Of a DNA stretch of 64,000 bases, positions 29,337 through 39,845 are shown in pieces. Source of the DNA: Candidatus Altiarchaeia archaeon (GTDB lineage Archaea; Altiarchaeota; Altiarchaeia; IMC4; QMZM01); contig JBAQYF010000031.1 in NCBI GenBank assembly GCA_049299895.1, forward strand, positions 96,644-160,643, in the 5' to 3' direction. Made by a program: the position numbers and the translations under genes. Below the pieces are notes generated by a model. That model was not told the DNA's origin. It was given only the letters and a program-made list of their open reading frames with translations, and did no database searches. Numbering within the stretch: position 1 is the first letter of the stretch; each line of letters begins with the position of its first letter.

Positions 29337-29849
29337 ATGACGCTTATCTGCCCCAGATGCAAAGGAAAAGACATAGATTACCACGGAGTACTGGGAACAG
29401 AGGAGCCCAGGTATGCATGCAAGACCTGCGGCTACGAAGGACCCCTTGTATTGGAGGAGAAAGAATCAACGACAGATGAAGAAAAAGGCCTCCTTTGCCC
29501 CAACTGCGGCTCCGACGACATTGTAAATACTATCCCGGATAACGCAAAGGACAATTTCGAACCAGTATACGCATGCAGGAAATGCGGGTACAACGGTTCC
29601 ACGGCGCTTAAAAAGGACAATGCAACACACGGGGCGGGCACCTTTCCGTATACTGAGATAATGGTCTTCTTTTTCCTGTCCCTCGCATGGGTCATAGCAG
29701 GGGCGGGATGGGATTTCGCACTGCTTTTCTTTGCCGTGCCTTCTATGGTGCTGATCTTTTTCAGATACCTCCTTGGAGGAGCACATACCTATTCGGTTGA
29801 AGACGACCTGAAGAACCTCGATCAGGACGGCATGCCCAAAGGATCATAG
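29337..29849 (+). CDS. Membrane-anchored double zinc-ribbon protein
   Basis: Two CPxC(x16-17)CxxCGY zinc-ribbon repeats, then two predicted TM helices ('IMVFFFLSLAWVIAGAGW', 'ALLFFAVPSMVLIFF'). The GTG start at 29319 is an alternative. Confidence 0.5.
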   Translation: MTLICPRCKGKDIDYHGVLGTEEPRYACKTCGYEGPLVLEEKESTTDEEKGLLCPNCGSDDIVNTIPDNAKDNFEPVYACRKCGYNGSTALKKDNATHGAGTFPYTEIMVFFFLSLAWVIAGAGWDFALLFFAVPSMVLIFFRYLLGGAHTYSVEDDLKNLDQDGMPKGS

Positions 29850-29903
29850 GATCCGGCGCCCGTTTGTATCAGAAACAGAATAACCGGTATACGGCCGGGC
29901 GGC

Positions 29904-30788
29904 TCATCTCAGGCGCTTGCGCTCCTCTTCTATCCGCTTCATCGCGTTCTCGACGTCTATCCACATGCTCTCTATCTCTTTTAGGTCTGCGTCCATCTTC
30001 TTTCTGTCGTATTCTATCTTTTTCTCTTCCTTCTGTATGCGCAGCCTTTCGATCTCTATTCTCTTCTGGTCTTCTTCTATCTTGGTCTTGTAGTCTTCAA
30101 GCTTCTGTCCTGTTCCCTTGATCTCGTCCCACTGCTTTTCCACCTGGGAGACATTCTGGCCGAGGAATGCTTTCTGCGTTTCCAGTTCCTTCCATTCGGC
30201 TTCGATGCGTTTTTTGTCTTCTTCGATCTTCTGCATGTCTCCGGATCTCTGCCTCTTTATCTCTTCCAGCTCTTTCAGCTGGTCTGCGATGACCTGCATG
30301 TCGCACTCGAGTTTTTTTCTGTCCTCGTCCAAGTAAACCCTGCCCATCTCTATCTGCTTCCTCGTTTCTTCGAGGTCTTCGGGACGCAATTCCTGTATCT
30401 TCCTCCCCTGTTCCTCCCAGAGCATCTCCTTGGATTTTATCTCCTCCCATTTCTTGTTGACGGTCGCAAGCTCTTTTTCAAGGCTTTTTTTCTGGACTGT
30501 TATCTCCTCTTTTTCCCGGTCCAGGTCTTCGTCGAGGCGCAGTCTCTGCTTTATGAGTTCGGTCTTCTCCTCGTCCATGAGCTTTTTTTCGTAGCGGATG
30601 TTTCTGAAATTTATGAATGCAAGAGTGAATGTCAGGAGCAGGACGATAAACGTCAGATAGATTATCACGTCTTCCAGGCTCCCGGGGATCGCATCAAAAG
30701 CGTAGGCGCGGCCTGCCAGGGAAAACAGCAGGGATAGAACTGAACCGGTACGCAACCGCCCCGACTCAAAGAGACTCTTCAGTGACAT
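29904..30788 (-). CDS. N-terminally membrane-anchored coiled-coil protein, E/K-rich with periodic Trp
   Basis: Start set at 'MSLKSLFE'. One TM helix ('IIYLTFIVLLLTFTLAFI') followed by ~230 aa of heptad-like E/K/R repeats: 'KKWEEIKSKE', 'EAEWKELETQK', 'EKQWDEIKG'. Confidence 0.6.
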   Translation of the reverse strand: MSLKSLFESGRLRTGSVLSLLFSLAGRAYAFDAIPGSLEDVIIYLTFIVLLLTFTLAFINFRNIRYEKKLMDEEKTELIKQRLRLDEDLDREKEEITVQKKSLEKELATVNKKWEEIKSKEMLWEEQGRKIQELRPEDLEETRKQIEMGRVYLDEDRKKLECDMQVIADQLKELEEIKRQRSGDMQKIEEDKKRIEAEWKELETQKAFLGQNVSQVEKQWDEIKGTGQKLEDYKTKIEEDQKRIEIERLRIQKEEKKIEYDRKKMDADLKEIESMWIDVENAMKRIEEERKRLR

Positions 30789-30852
30789 GTTAACCACTCC
30801 TCTAGACGATAGTGCATCATTAATTAATGGGAATAGGTATAAATATCGTTTT

Positions 30853-31860
30853 TCATGCGGGGATGCAACAGGGTATGCTGGTAGCCCCAAGATCGCAGGT
30901 TGTCCATGCGCAGTCCGTCGGGACCCAGCCTCCTTTGGAGAGTGCACATGGATTCGAGGTACAGGCTGCTTCACCCAGATATTGATCGCAGGTTTTCACT
31001 GGATCTGATGAACAGCAGCTATGGCATGTTTGCATGTCCTTGGCAGGCCGGTAGTAATAATGACACCCGGGATAGGAATGACAGTCGTCCACGTTGCACG
31101 GTGCCCCAAGCCCATATTGTGAGCTGCAGCAACCCGTGCCAAACGTCCCTGAACACGGTTTTATGCACTTGCAGCACTTTGCGCACGTGCCCACGTTCTC
31201 TTTCTCCGTCCCGCCCTGGCATATCTCGCCTGCCGCAGTATCGCAGCCGCATGTGAGGCCGAATGTCTCGCATGTTTCTTCTTCGACGCATTCGCAGCAC
31301 TTCTGACCCGGGTCGCATCCCGGAGCCGCGCTCTCCTTGCATTTCCTGCCTGCCGGGCAGTCTCCGCAGGTATAGCCGTATTCAGTGCAGGTCTTCTCGG
31401 GAGTGATGCAATTATTGCAGCAGGTATCCGGGCAATCCGTAACGTCGGCGATACTTCCACCGGATGCGCAGACCTGCCCATCGGGGCAGCCGCATTGTCC
31501 CCCTACGTCGGCGCAGTTCTTTTCTGTTACCGCGTCGCCCATGCATTTGTCCATCTGAAGAGTGGGAACAAGAGCGAATGCGAGCCCGAGGAAAGCGACG
31601 ACTATGACCAGTCCCGCGAAGGAATTAAGCATGTAGTCTTTTCCGAGGGTACGGTTGGCCGGGTTGCCCGTAGAGTACAGGAAGGCGCCCAGAGCAAACA
31701 GTATGAGAACGATGGCCGGCGCGAACCACAGGACCATGCATACGACCGCCTGGTCTATCCCGCGCAGGCGGTCGAGGTATCCTGCCGCGGAAGCGGCGGA
31801 TGATAGGAAAAGCAGGATGAGAATGAACAACGAAATCTTTTTTTTCATACCAGTAAACAT
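30853..31860 (-). CDS. Cysteine-rich membrane/secreted protein (~60 Cys in a ~230-aa ectodomain)
   Basis: A signal peptide, then a two-helix anchor with the loop 'LYSTGNPANRTLGKD', then extremely Cys-rich sequence (CxxC, CC, CxC motifs throughout). Confidence 0.6.
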   Translation of the reverse strand: MFTGMKKKISLFILILLFLSSAASAAGYLDRLRGIDQAVVCMVLWFAPAIVLILFALGAFLYSTGNPANRTLGKDYMLNSFAGLVIVVAFLGLAFALVPTLQMDKCMGDAVTEKNCADVGGQCGCPDGQVCASGGSIADVTDCPDTCCNNCITPEKTCTEYGYTCGDCPAGRKCKESAAPGCDPGQKCCECVEEETCETFGLTCGCDTAAGEICQGGTEKENVGTCAKCCKCIKPCSGTFGTGCCSSQYGLGAPCNVDDCHSYPGCHYYYRPAKDMQTCHSCCSSDPVKTCDQYLGEAACTSNPCALSKGGWVPTDCAWTTCDLGATSIPCCIPA

Positions 31861-31927
31861 ATATAAAAAACATATATAAATCAGTTATACCTTAATAGTA
31901 ACTGTGCCTTCAGGTGTTAAAAAGATT

Positions 31928-34900
31928 ATGAACCGGAACAAACGACTCTTATGCATATCCGTGGTTTTCGCGGCTTTTTTCTTGTCGTACTCCGGTCAGG
32001 CATTCGCCGAACTGGCCTCCTGCAGCAAGTATCAGTATATCAACGTCAAGATCGCGCCTGAGGATACGAAAAATCCAAGACTGGAGCAGTTCCACGGGAT
32101 AGACACTGGCATCCATGACAGTTTCATCATCCAGGGCCCTTACAATCCCACGTATATCTGCGGCATAATGCTCAACGAGAAGCTGGACTGGAGCACGGAT
32201 TCTCTTGCCGCAGCCTGGGCCGCCAAGGGTACGACCATTAAGAAGGACGGGATAAGCATCAAGGAGGACCTGGGCGAAAATGGGAACGGCTGGCAGCTTT
32301 GCAGCGATGAGGACTGCGATAGCAATGATGCCTGCAGGATAGACGTAGGATTGATAGCTGCGTCAGGCCCGCATTGCGCACCATACGGCGTAAGCGATGA
32401 AAAAGAGAAATCAAAGAACAGCCACGGAGCAGTGATGGTCTTTGAACAGAGGTATATGGAAATGGCTTCAGATAACGGAGATACGTCTCTTTCAGTGAGC
32501 CCGACAATATACCGGCCCCTCTACGACTTGTTATGCGACGCCAAAGGGTATTGGTACGCCTGCGACAAAGAATCGTGCGCATGCGTTGACGACTATTCCT
32601 GCGGCAGCACGTCGGAAGGAAAGTGGGATTTCTGCCAGTACGGATGCGATCCCGCAACTGGAAAATGCAAAAGCGGCGAAGCGGTCAAGGATTGCTCTCC
32701 TGCAGAGGTTGCCGTAGGCGAGAGTCTCGGGCCGTTCGTGGATTCATGCAACATTGATGTCACACTAGAAGGATTAGATCAGGGCAATAACAGGGTCACG
32801 CTAGGACCGGTCACCTATGGTAAGGACGGCCAAAAGGACCTGCTGGTGGTTGATTGCGACGGCAGCGAGCAGGTAGTGACTACTGAAGAGGACACGGGCC
32901 AGGGCGAGAAGACGTGTTATGTGACCTGTAGCGGCTTGTTTTATGAGGGGAACGTTTTGAAGCCTGCCCTGGAAGTATGTTATAGGTATCCTGAGCCTGA
33001 AGAAAAGGAAGAGCCCAAGCCCGGACCCACGACGACGACCACCACGCTTTCTGAGACGCCTATCCCGAAAAAGGATATCAAGCCAAGTCCTCCGGTGCCT
33101 GTTTGCAAGCCGTATTATGAAGTGATGACCGTCCGGGGCGAGTCCTCCGATACGCCGGAAGTAAAAGAACCCGGCGAGTGCAAGTATACTGAAACGATAG
33201 AAATAAACCGGTCGGATAATTGCAAGAAGATCGGAGGAGACCTGAAGGATGAGAATTATAAGAAGATAGACATACCCGTATGCAAAGCTACCGGGAGCGT
33301 AGTCGAAGAAATGGGAAAGGACGTCATCGGGAATCCTTACGACTTCGAAGGCGAGAGAAAGAGGAGGGGGGGAGTAATATGCGACGGGGGGATAACCGAC
33401 GTAGGGTGGAATATCCAGGGGGACGAAATAGAGATATCGGTGGAATCCATGAGCGGCGCCAACGCCTCGGGCGATTACGACGACAACTGCGAATACATGG
33501 TCTGTCTCTATAAAACGAACGGCGAGAGGATAAAGTGCGGCGACGGGTTGACGACCCAGTGGTATGCGCGGGCAGAAGAAGAGGTCTTCCAGACCAATTA
33601 TTCCTCCATGGGCCTGGGGCAGTTCCTGTCTCTTGACACGCTTCTCGGATGGAATATAGACGACCTCGGGGGCAATTTCCAGATAGAACTGTTCTCCCGG
33701 CTGGAAGGAAAGCAGCCGGAAACGAACATCGAGAACCAGACATTCGAACTGTGCAAAGAGGGTTTTCTCACGCTGTGCACCGCCAACGAAAGCGAGAAAC
33801 AGTTCTGGATATTCCCGACCAACGTGACAAAAACAGTTTACTGGGGAGTTGAAGGAAGCGAATATTCCAATCTTGCCACAAAAAAGGAAGGCACAAATGA
33901 AACTACATGGCTCCTGAACAATTCCAGGTACTTGATGATGGATCTCAAGACCTGCATGATAAGCGACAAGTACGGCACCCCCAACGAGATCAAATATTAC
34001 ACTATCGCAAACGACCCGGCTTACAGAATTTATGTGAACGAAAGTTACGGGAACGAGACATACTACAAAAAATACCTGAACATGTCCCTTGACTCGGACT
34101 ATCTTTACTGCTACAAGACGGACCTGCGCAACACCAGCGGATGCGATGAGATGAACTACAACTGGTACAGCTTCACAGGCTACAACATAGACGAAATAGG
34201 GCGGGCTTACAGAGAAGACCTGAAGAATTGGAACAAAAACCAGGCCGTCGACGAATTATCCACGCTGGACATGGGCCGATCGAAAGTTGTCCCGGTTTAC
34301 GACCCGCACCCCTGCTCAGTCTCCATGGACAAGGATTATTACAAGGAGCAGGACACTATCACCATCGCATACACGAACACTGGCATTGAATGCAGCATGG
34401 CGCTTTACCCGTGGTCTCCCGATAAATCGGCAGGGCCGGTTAAGGAATGGACAGTTTACGGTTCCGGAACGCAAAACTACACCCTGAAGAAGGAAGATGC
34501 CCCGGGCAACTATACGATAGTCCTGAACTGCGGCGAGTGCTACGTAAAAGACAGAGCCTACGTCAACGTATCCATTATACAGAACGTCATGTCGCGCGTA
34601 TTCACAGTGTCGCCGTTCCTAGAGGACATACGGAACTCCCTGACTTGGACGGAGACTGGAGATAGCACCCTGTACGCGGGAGCAGGCTTCGACAGATACG
34701 ACCGCTGCGCTTTGTCATGCAACGCGAGCGATACGAAATTCAGGCTGCTCTCCGGCTGCTCCAACGCCCGGGGATCCGATGCAGTAGCATGCTCGAACTG
34801 CACAGACGAAGGGAACTGCACGGTAGACTCAAACGGCAAATGCCCCGGCACCAAGGGAGACTGCTGGGACCAGGTATGCAGGATTAGGTCGAGGAACTAC

Positions 34901-37900
34901 GCCCTGGAAGCAGAGCCGGGCAAAAAAGGGGATTCATTCCACGGCGTGCCCTATAATGGAAAGTGCCCGGCAGGTTTCCCGAAAGAGCCCATACAAATAG
35001 ATTATTACACAAGGCCCGCGGACGATGCAATGTGGAGCGTCGACGCCGGCGCCCTGGACCAGGGTCAGGTTGCGACCAAATGCTATCTTGACGGGGGAGT
35101 TATAGCGACGACGACATTCGATTTCAATTCATTGAAGGATAACGGACCTCTTGTGGATATGGTTTTCGTCATAGACACATCGGGTTCCATGGATCCCACA
35201 TGGGGCACCCTATGCGACATTATAGACCAAAAAGTCGTAAATACCCTCCATGATGCGGGCATCAACCTGCAGCATTATATATACGGGCTGGATAAAATTA
35301 AAAAATGCGCCAAGGGAGTTATACCGCTGCACGAAGAGAGCTGGGGCCCTGGGCTGGACTGGGTTTGGGAAAACCACACAGGCTGGAGAGAGGGGGCCAA
35401 AAGAGTTGTCATTGCGATAAGCGACCAAGACGGGGAAAAGGGAGAAGACAACCCGGAGTGGGACGAAACAAAACAGAGAAGTGTCGCAGGACACCTCATA
35501 AGCAAGAACATAATAATGAACGGCCTCTTCGTGTCGGGCGGAGATCCAAAAGTCCAGACAGAGATGGCGACAGTTTCCGGCCTGACAGGGGGGATCACCG
35601 CTCCTTTCGGCTCCGCGGAAGCGGTCGCAGAGAAATTGATAGAAATTGCTAAGGACATCAAAAAACCGGTATACGTTGTCGCCAGCAACGCCACTATCTA
35701 CATGAACCAGACCGCGCCCAACGTATGGGTTCTCTACCAGAACGAGAGCCAGAACGTATCAGTCAACGTTTCCAAGACCAAGGCAAAGACATCGAACGAA
35801 GAGAACCCGGGCGAAGCGGCCCAGACCGAGGAACTGAACCTGACGGTCTATCCGTCTCTCATGATCGTAGAAACCGCCAATATGCCTTTCAATATCACTT
35901 ATGTGAACATAACAAGGAACGGCAGCAGATACAATATAACGAGGGTCTATGTTCCGAACGAAACGGGCGCGGACTATGGAAAAGAGTTCATCGTTACCTC
36001 GAAATTAATCCTGAATTACACCCTGCTGGAGTCTGCAGAGTCGTTCACGGTGGATCTGAACAACTCGTACTACACGCAGGTGCGAAGGGACATAGATTAC
36101 GTTGCCTGCGATTACAAAACATGCGGGGGGGGCAATTACATGAATTACACGCTCGCCCCGAATGGCAGAGGTAATACCGCAAGCTGCGGGAACATCAGCT
36201 CCAAGGGGGAGGGCAGCATAAAGACTTACAGGCAGGAAACGCAGACAGAGTTCCTGGAAAAGGAATACGGCGAAGTAGACACGCTCGAGGTGGATGCGGT
36301 AAGCCATCAGAACGTTCTCTGCAGCACCCTGGACCAGTTGAAGATAGAGGGGACGTTCGAAGAATACTATGACCCGGGCGGGAATCTTATGATATATTCC
36401 GCAAGCGACGACCCGGTTAAAATAACGATAACGCCCGACATACTGAGCGGTTTCACATTCATAGTGAACGACTCGGCCGTGGCATACAGCGCCCTCTATT
36501 ATCCCGCAAGACACCAGCTTACAAGAAAGGAGTCTGCGCCCTACTCGGACTGGGAGTGGAGAAGCCTCATAGACAAATACGGCTACCAGGATCAAAGGTT
36601 CGGCTTCCCGGAGCAGTGCAAGAAGCTGTGCCCGGCGCTGAGATGCAGCTGCCAGCCAAACGATCGGTTGAACGCCTCATGCATTGACTTTGAATCCGGC
36701 TCCTCCGCAAAAAGAACCGACTGTGCCTGCGTTCCCCAGGAATGTTACCCTGATCCCTGCGTCTCCAACAGGACGTACCACGAAGAGGAGGGAAGCGTTG
36801 TCGCTAACGGAGACTATGAGACGGGCGATCTTTCTTTCTGGAGCAAGACGGATGTAGGAGGTACCGCAGACGTCGTTCTCTCGGGTCATTCAGGTTACAT
36901 GCTCAAGCTCAAAGGAGGCGTGCAGCAGGTCCTTGCGAACCTCAGCACAAACCCGTACAACAAGGTATGCATAGAATACGCCCTCGCAGAATACAGCGCA
37001 GACGGAGGGATCAATCTCACCATCACTGTCGATGGGAAAGACAATTCTTTCGAAGTATGGAAGAACACGGAAGAATGCCCCGACTGCCTGGGCTGGAACA
37101 AGAAATGTTTTCCTGCAGACGGTTACATATCTAAAGTAAAGGTCGAAAGCAAAACCCTTGCGTGGATAGACAATATTAACTACGGCAAATACTACGACTA
37201 CGTGGGAATGAGCACATACGCGACTGTGAACCTGGAGTACATGGACTTCATAGCAAAGGGCTGGCAGTCCTTCGGCATGCTTAAAACCTCGGCCATAACG
37301 CACAATGCCAACACATACAGCTTCGAAGTAGAAAGCCTGCCCAGGGTTTACATGGATAACCGGAACTTCCAGATCCCAAAGGAGAAGGTAGCGGCCATAT
37401 TAAGCGAACTTGCAGCGTATTCCGGGCAGGAATCATCTGGGGAAGGGCTGACGGAACTGAAAAAAGCATTCGCGGAAAACGGAGTATCCCTGAATAAATA
37501 CGTGCAAGTAGAGGATAATAACGGGAACTGGCGCGTGATTAACGGAAAGAGGAATTACGATTTATACCGGGACGCAGACGGCAACATCAAGGTAATGGGC
37601 ATAGGCTATGAGTACGCGACACTCTCGGAGGACGATTACAAGAACGGCTATTTTGTGATAAAGACATTCTTCAAGGATCTCTACATCCCCATGTCTCCCA
37701 ATGTCAAGCAATCCAGAACAGGGGAAGACCCGATATGCTACGACGTAGACATCAAATTCAGGAAGCCCACCGTGCTCACAGTGGACGTATCGCCCAGCGG
37801 CTACACTCTTACGCCCGGAACAAGAGTGACTGCGACATACACGCTCACATATTATAACGGAACACCCGTCCCAAATCAAAAAGTATACGTGGATCTTGCA

Positions 37901-38506
37901 GGCCAGGATATCTGGAAACTGTCACCCGAAGGAGTATACAAAGATTACATGTTCTCTATCCAGGAGATTGAAGACAACGCAGAGCAGCAGGAAATGCTGC
38001 GAAACAACCTTGCAGCCCTCGGATATTCAGACATCGCAGAGAAACTCGCGGACGCGCAATACTCAGAGAGCGCAGGGAATAAACTCATAATCACTGGAAA
38101 AATAAGCGCTACCATTGAGGTAGTGGATGGAGTATGTCATATGCTTGTCGGCAACAAAGACATTGTTATCGGAGTTGCAGATTACTTCGGAAGCAAGCTC
38201 CTTGTGTATGAAAACGAGGAGAACAAGCTCCTTGCATACACGATAACAGACGAGAACGGCGTGGCAAAATGCTCTTTTAAGCCGACGGGAACAACGGTCG
38301 GCGGCTCAAGCCCGGGCGGCAACACGTCTTCTCCTTCCTCCGCGAGCACCGGGATACACGTTGTAAGCATCAAGTCCCCGCTCTTTTCCAGGGAGTTCCT
38401 GCTGCTGGGATTAATACTGATATTCGGAGTGTTCTCTTACAGGTATTTCGGAAACAAGAAGATAGATCTGTTCAGCTGGTGGAGGGATTTCAAAGGCAAA
38501 AAATGA
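31928..38506 (+). CDS. Giant (2192 aa) secreted surface protein with vWA domain and C-terminal TM anchor
   Basis: ATG at 31928 (a GTG-initiated ORF runs from 31904). Signal peptide 'LLCISVVFAAFFLSYSGQAFA'. vWA MIDAS 'VFVIDTSGSMDP' near 35165. Very many N-x-S/T sequons. A Ser/Pro-rich linker is followed by a C-terminal TM helix 'LLLGLILIFGVFSY' and a basic tail. Confidence 0.75.
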   Translation: MNRNKRLLCISVVFAAFFLSYSGQAFAELASCSKYQYINVKIAPEDTKNPRLEQFHGIDTGIHDSFIIQGPYNPTYICGIMLNEKLDWSTDSLAAAWAAKGTTIKKDGISIKEDLGENGNGWQLCSDEDCDSNDACRIDVGLIAASGPHCAPYGVSDEKEKSKNSHGAVMVFEQRYMEMASDNGDTSLSVSPTIYRPLYDLLCDAKGYWYACDKESCACVDDYSCGSTSEGKWDFCQYGCDPATGKCKSGEAVKDCSPAEVAVGESLGPFVDSCNIDVTLEGLDQGNNRVTLGPVTYGKDGQKDLLVVDCDGSEQVVTTEEDTGQGEKTCYVTCSGLFYEGNVLKPALEVCYRYPEPEEKEEPKPGPTTTTTTLSETPIPKKDIKPSPPVPVCKPYYEVMTVRGESSDTPEVKEPGECKYTETIEINRSDNCKKIGGDLKDENYKKIDIPVCKATGSVVEEMGKDVIGNPYDFEGERKRRGGVICDGGITDVGWNIQGDEIEISVESMSGANASGDYDDNCEYMVCLYKTNGERIKCGDGLTTQWYARAEEEVFQTNYSSMGLGQFLSLDTLLGWNIDDLGGNFQIELFSRLEGKQPETNIENQTFELCKEGFLTLCTANESEKQFWIFPTNVTKTVYWGVEGSEYSNLATKKEGTNETTWLLNNSRYLMMDLKTCMISDKYGTPNEIKYYTIANDPAYRIYVNESYGNETYYKKYLNMSLDSDYLYCYKTDLRNTSGCDEMNYNWYSFTGYNIDEIGRAYREDLKNWNKNQAVDELSTLDMGRSKVVPVYDPHPCSVSMDKDYYKEQDTITIAYTNTGIECSMALYPWSPDKSAGPVKEWTVYGSGTQNYTLKKEDAPGNYTIVLNCGECYVKDRAYVNVSIIQNVMSRVFTVSPFLEDIRNSLTWTETGDSTLYAGAGFDRYDRCALSCNASDTKFRLLSGCSNARGSDAVACSNCTDEGNCTVDSNGKCPGTKGDCWDQVCRIRSRNYALEAEPGKKGDSFHGVPYNGKCPAGFPKEPIQIDYYTRPADDAMWSVDAGALDQGQVATKCYLDGGVIATTTFDFNSLKDNGPLVDMVFVIDTSGSMDPTWGTLCDIIDQKVVNTLHDAGINLQHYIYGLDKIKKCAKGVIPLHEESWGPGLDWVWENHTGWREGAKRVVIAISDQDGEKGEDNPEWDETKQRSVAGHLISKNIIMNGLFVSGGDPKVQTEMATVSGLTGGITAPFGSAEAVAEKLIEIAKDIKKPVYVVASNATIYMNQTAPNVWVLYQNESQNVSVNVSKTKAKTSNEENPGEAAQTEELNLTVYPSLMIVETANMPFNITYVNITRNGSRYNITRVYVPNETGADYGKEFIVTSKLILNYTLLESAESFTVDLNNSYYTQVRRDIDYVACDYKTCGGGNYMNYTLAPNGRGNTASCGNISSKGEGSIKTYRQETQTEFLEKEYGEVDTLEVDAVSHQNVLCSTLDQLKIEGTFEEYYDPGGNLMIYSASDDPVKITITPDILSGFTFIVNDSAVAYSALYYPARHQLTRKESAPYSDWEWRSLIDKYGYQDQRFGFPEQCKKLCPALRCSCQPNDRLNASCIDFESGSSAKRTDCACVPQECYPDPCVSNRTYHEEEGSVVANGDYETGDLSFWSKTDVGGTADVVLSGHSGYMLKLKGGVQQVLANLSTNPYNKVCIEYALAEYSADGGINLTITVDGKDNSFEVWKNTEECPDCLGWNKKCFPADGYISKVKVESKTLAWIDNINYGKYYDYVGMSTYATVNLEYMDFIAKGWQSFGMLKTSAITHNANTYSFEVESLPRVYMDNRNFQIPKEKVAAILSELAAYSGQESSGEGLTELKKAFAENGVSLNKYVQVEDNNGNWRVINGKRNYDLYRDADGNIKVMGIGYEYATLSEDDYKNGYFVIKTFFKDLYIPMSPNVKQSRTGEDPICYDVDIKFRKPTVLTVDVSPSGYTLTPGTRVTATYTLTYYNGTPVPNQKVYVDLAGQDIWKLSPEGVYKDYMFSIQEIEDNAEQQEMLRNNLAALGYSDIAEKLADAQYSESAGNKLIITGKISATIEVVDGVCHMLVGNKDIVIGVADYFGSKLLVYENEENKLLAYTITDENGVAKCSFKPTGTTVGGSSPGGNTSSPSSASTGIHVVSIKSPLFSREFLLLGLILIFGVFSYRYFGNKKIDLFSWWRDFKGKK

Positions 38507-39813
38507 GAAACAAATTGATAACGATCATGGTAATAGCACTCTTCATATTGCCTTATCTACCCATACAATCGGCGGAAGCCGCTAACCCGTGGGACCAATT
38601 TAAGATATGGAAAAAGAAGGCCCCGGTAAAGGACCTTAGGAATTACCTGGCATACGAACACTATGAGCATGAAAAACTCATCCTGTATCTGCTCGTACTG
38701 GGGATATACACATGGAACATAACGACAGACCTCCTAACCAACCTGGAGACGTATGTCATTATGAACCCGAAGCCCCTGGAGCCCTCGGTCCTGAACGTTA
38801 TGAATTTTTTCATCTTCAACCTGCAGGTAGCATACATCCTGGCCATCGCCGGAACCGCTCTTTATATAATCTTTGCGGCGGGAACGCCCAAGAAGAGGGC
38901 AAAGGCCAAATCCATGATGGGAAGGCTCGTAGTGGGGATGCTCCTTGTAAGCGTATCGCCCTACATCATAAATCTATTCTTAAATTTCACATCCGGCATG
39001 GCCGCAACCATCCTGAACCAGGCGGACAGCACTGTTGCTGCGACAGTATATACTGACCTCATATGGAAAACATACTGGCCGAGCGTGGCCATAATACTGG
39101 CCCCCATGGTAGGGCACTCTCTTGAACAGTGGAGCCACCATGCAGTGGTAGATAAAATCAGAAATGATTATGTAGCATCAAGCGCAGACGCCAGAAGGGA
39201 CAACGTAGTAGAGCAACTCCTCGGAGCAGGAAACCCGGAAGCCATCATTGCAGATACTGCAGATACGATTATGAAGGATCAGGAGCAGATCATCAGAAAG
39301 GATGGAAACTTCAAGGCTGACGCTAAATCGTGGGGTCAAAAACAGGGTTTTCTAAGCTGGGGAACGCTGGAATCGAAGTTTAAACTCATGAAGATAGCCC
39401 CGAAGCCGGAACAGACCTTCGCCTTCCTTATGTCCGAGATAGCATTGATTATCGGGTTATATGGATTCCTCGCCCTGCGCTATCTTATGCTCATGATATG
39501 GACGGTCCTCTTCCCGCTTAGCCTGTTTTTGTCCTCTTTCGAGATGACCCGGGGCATCGGCAGGAACATGATAGAACAAACCATCTTTTGGTCCATACTC
39601 CAGGTATTCTACGCCGTGACCATAGACGTCATCGCAGTAGGTTTCACCATACTCCCGTCGGGATTCGGTTACTTCGGCCTCGGCCTGCAATTCCCGGGTA
39701 TAAGCTTATTTTTCATCAGCTTCTTCTCGGTTGCTGCGGCCTTTTTGTTATTGCTCACACCGATCCTGGTGCTGATGCTATCGCAGAGGCTCAGCCAGAT
39801 GGACGTGGGCTGA
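38503..39813 (+). CDS. Paralogous polytopic membrane protein 1 of 5 (unknown family)
   Basis: Its ATG overlaps the giant gene's TGA (ATGA). Signal peptide. Conserved blocks 'QVAYILAIAGTALYIIFAAGTPKKRAKAKS' and 'LRYLMLMIWTVLFPLSLFLSSFEMTRGIGRNMIEQTIFW'. Confidence 0.7.
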   Translation: MRNKLITIMVIALFILPYLPIQSAEAANPWDQFKIWKKKAPVKDLRNYLAYEHYEHEKLILYLLVLGIYTWNITTDLLTNLETYVIMNPKPLEPSVLNVMNFFIFNLQVAYILAIAGTALYIIFAAGTPKKRAKAKSMMGRLVVGMLLVSVSPYIINLFLNFTSGMAATILNQADSTVAATVYTDLIWKTYWPSVAIILAPMVGHSLEQWSHHAVVDKIRNDYVASSADARRDNVVEQLLGAGNPEAIIADTADTIMKDQEQIIRKDGNFKADAKSWGQKQGFLSWGTLESKFKLMKIAPKPEQTFAFLMSEIALIIGLYGFLALRYLMLMIWTVLFPLSLFLSSFEMTRGIGRNMIEQTIFWSILQVFYAVTIDVIAVGFTILPSGFGYFGLGLQFPGISLFFISFFSVAAAFLLLLTPILVLMLSQRLSQMDVG

Positions 39814-39845
39814 TAGGAGGAAAGATACAGGGGCAATAAAAAAAC

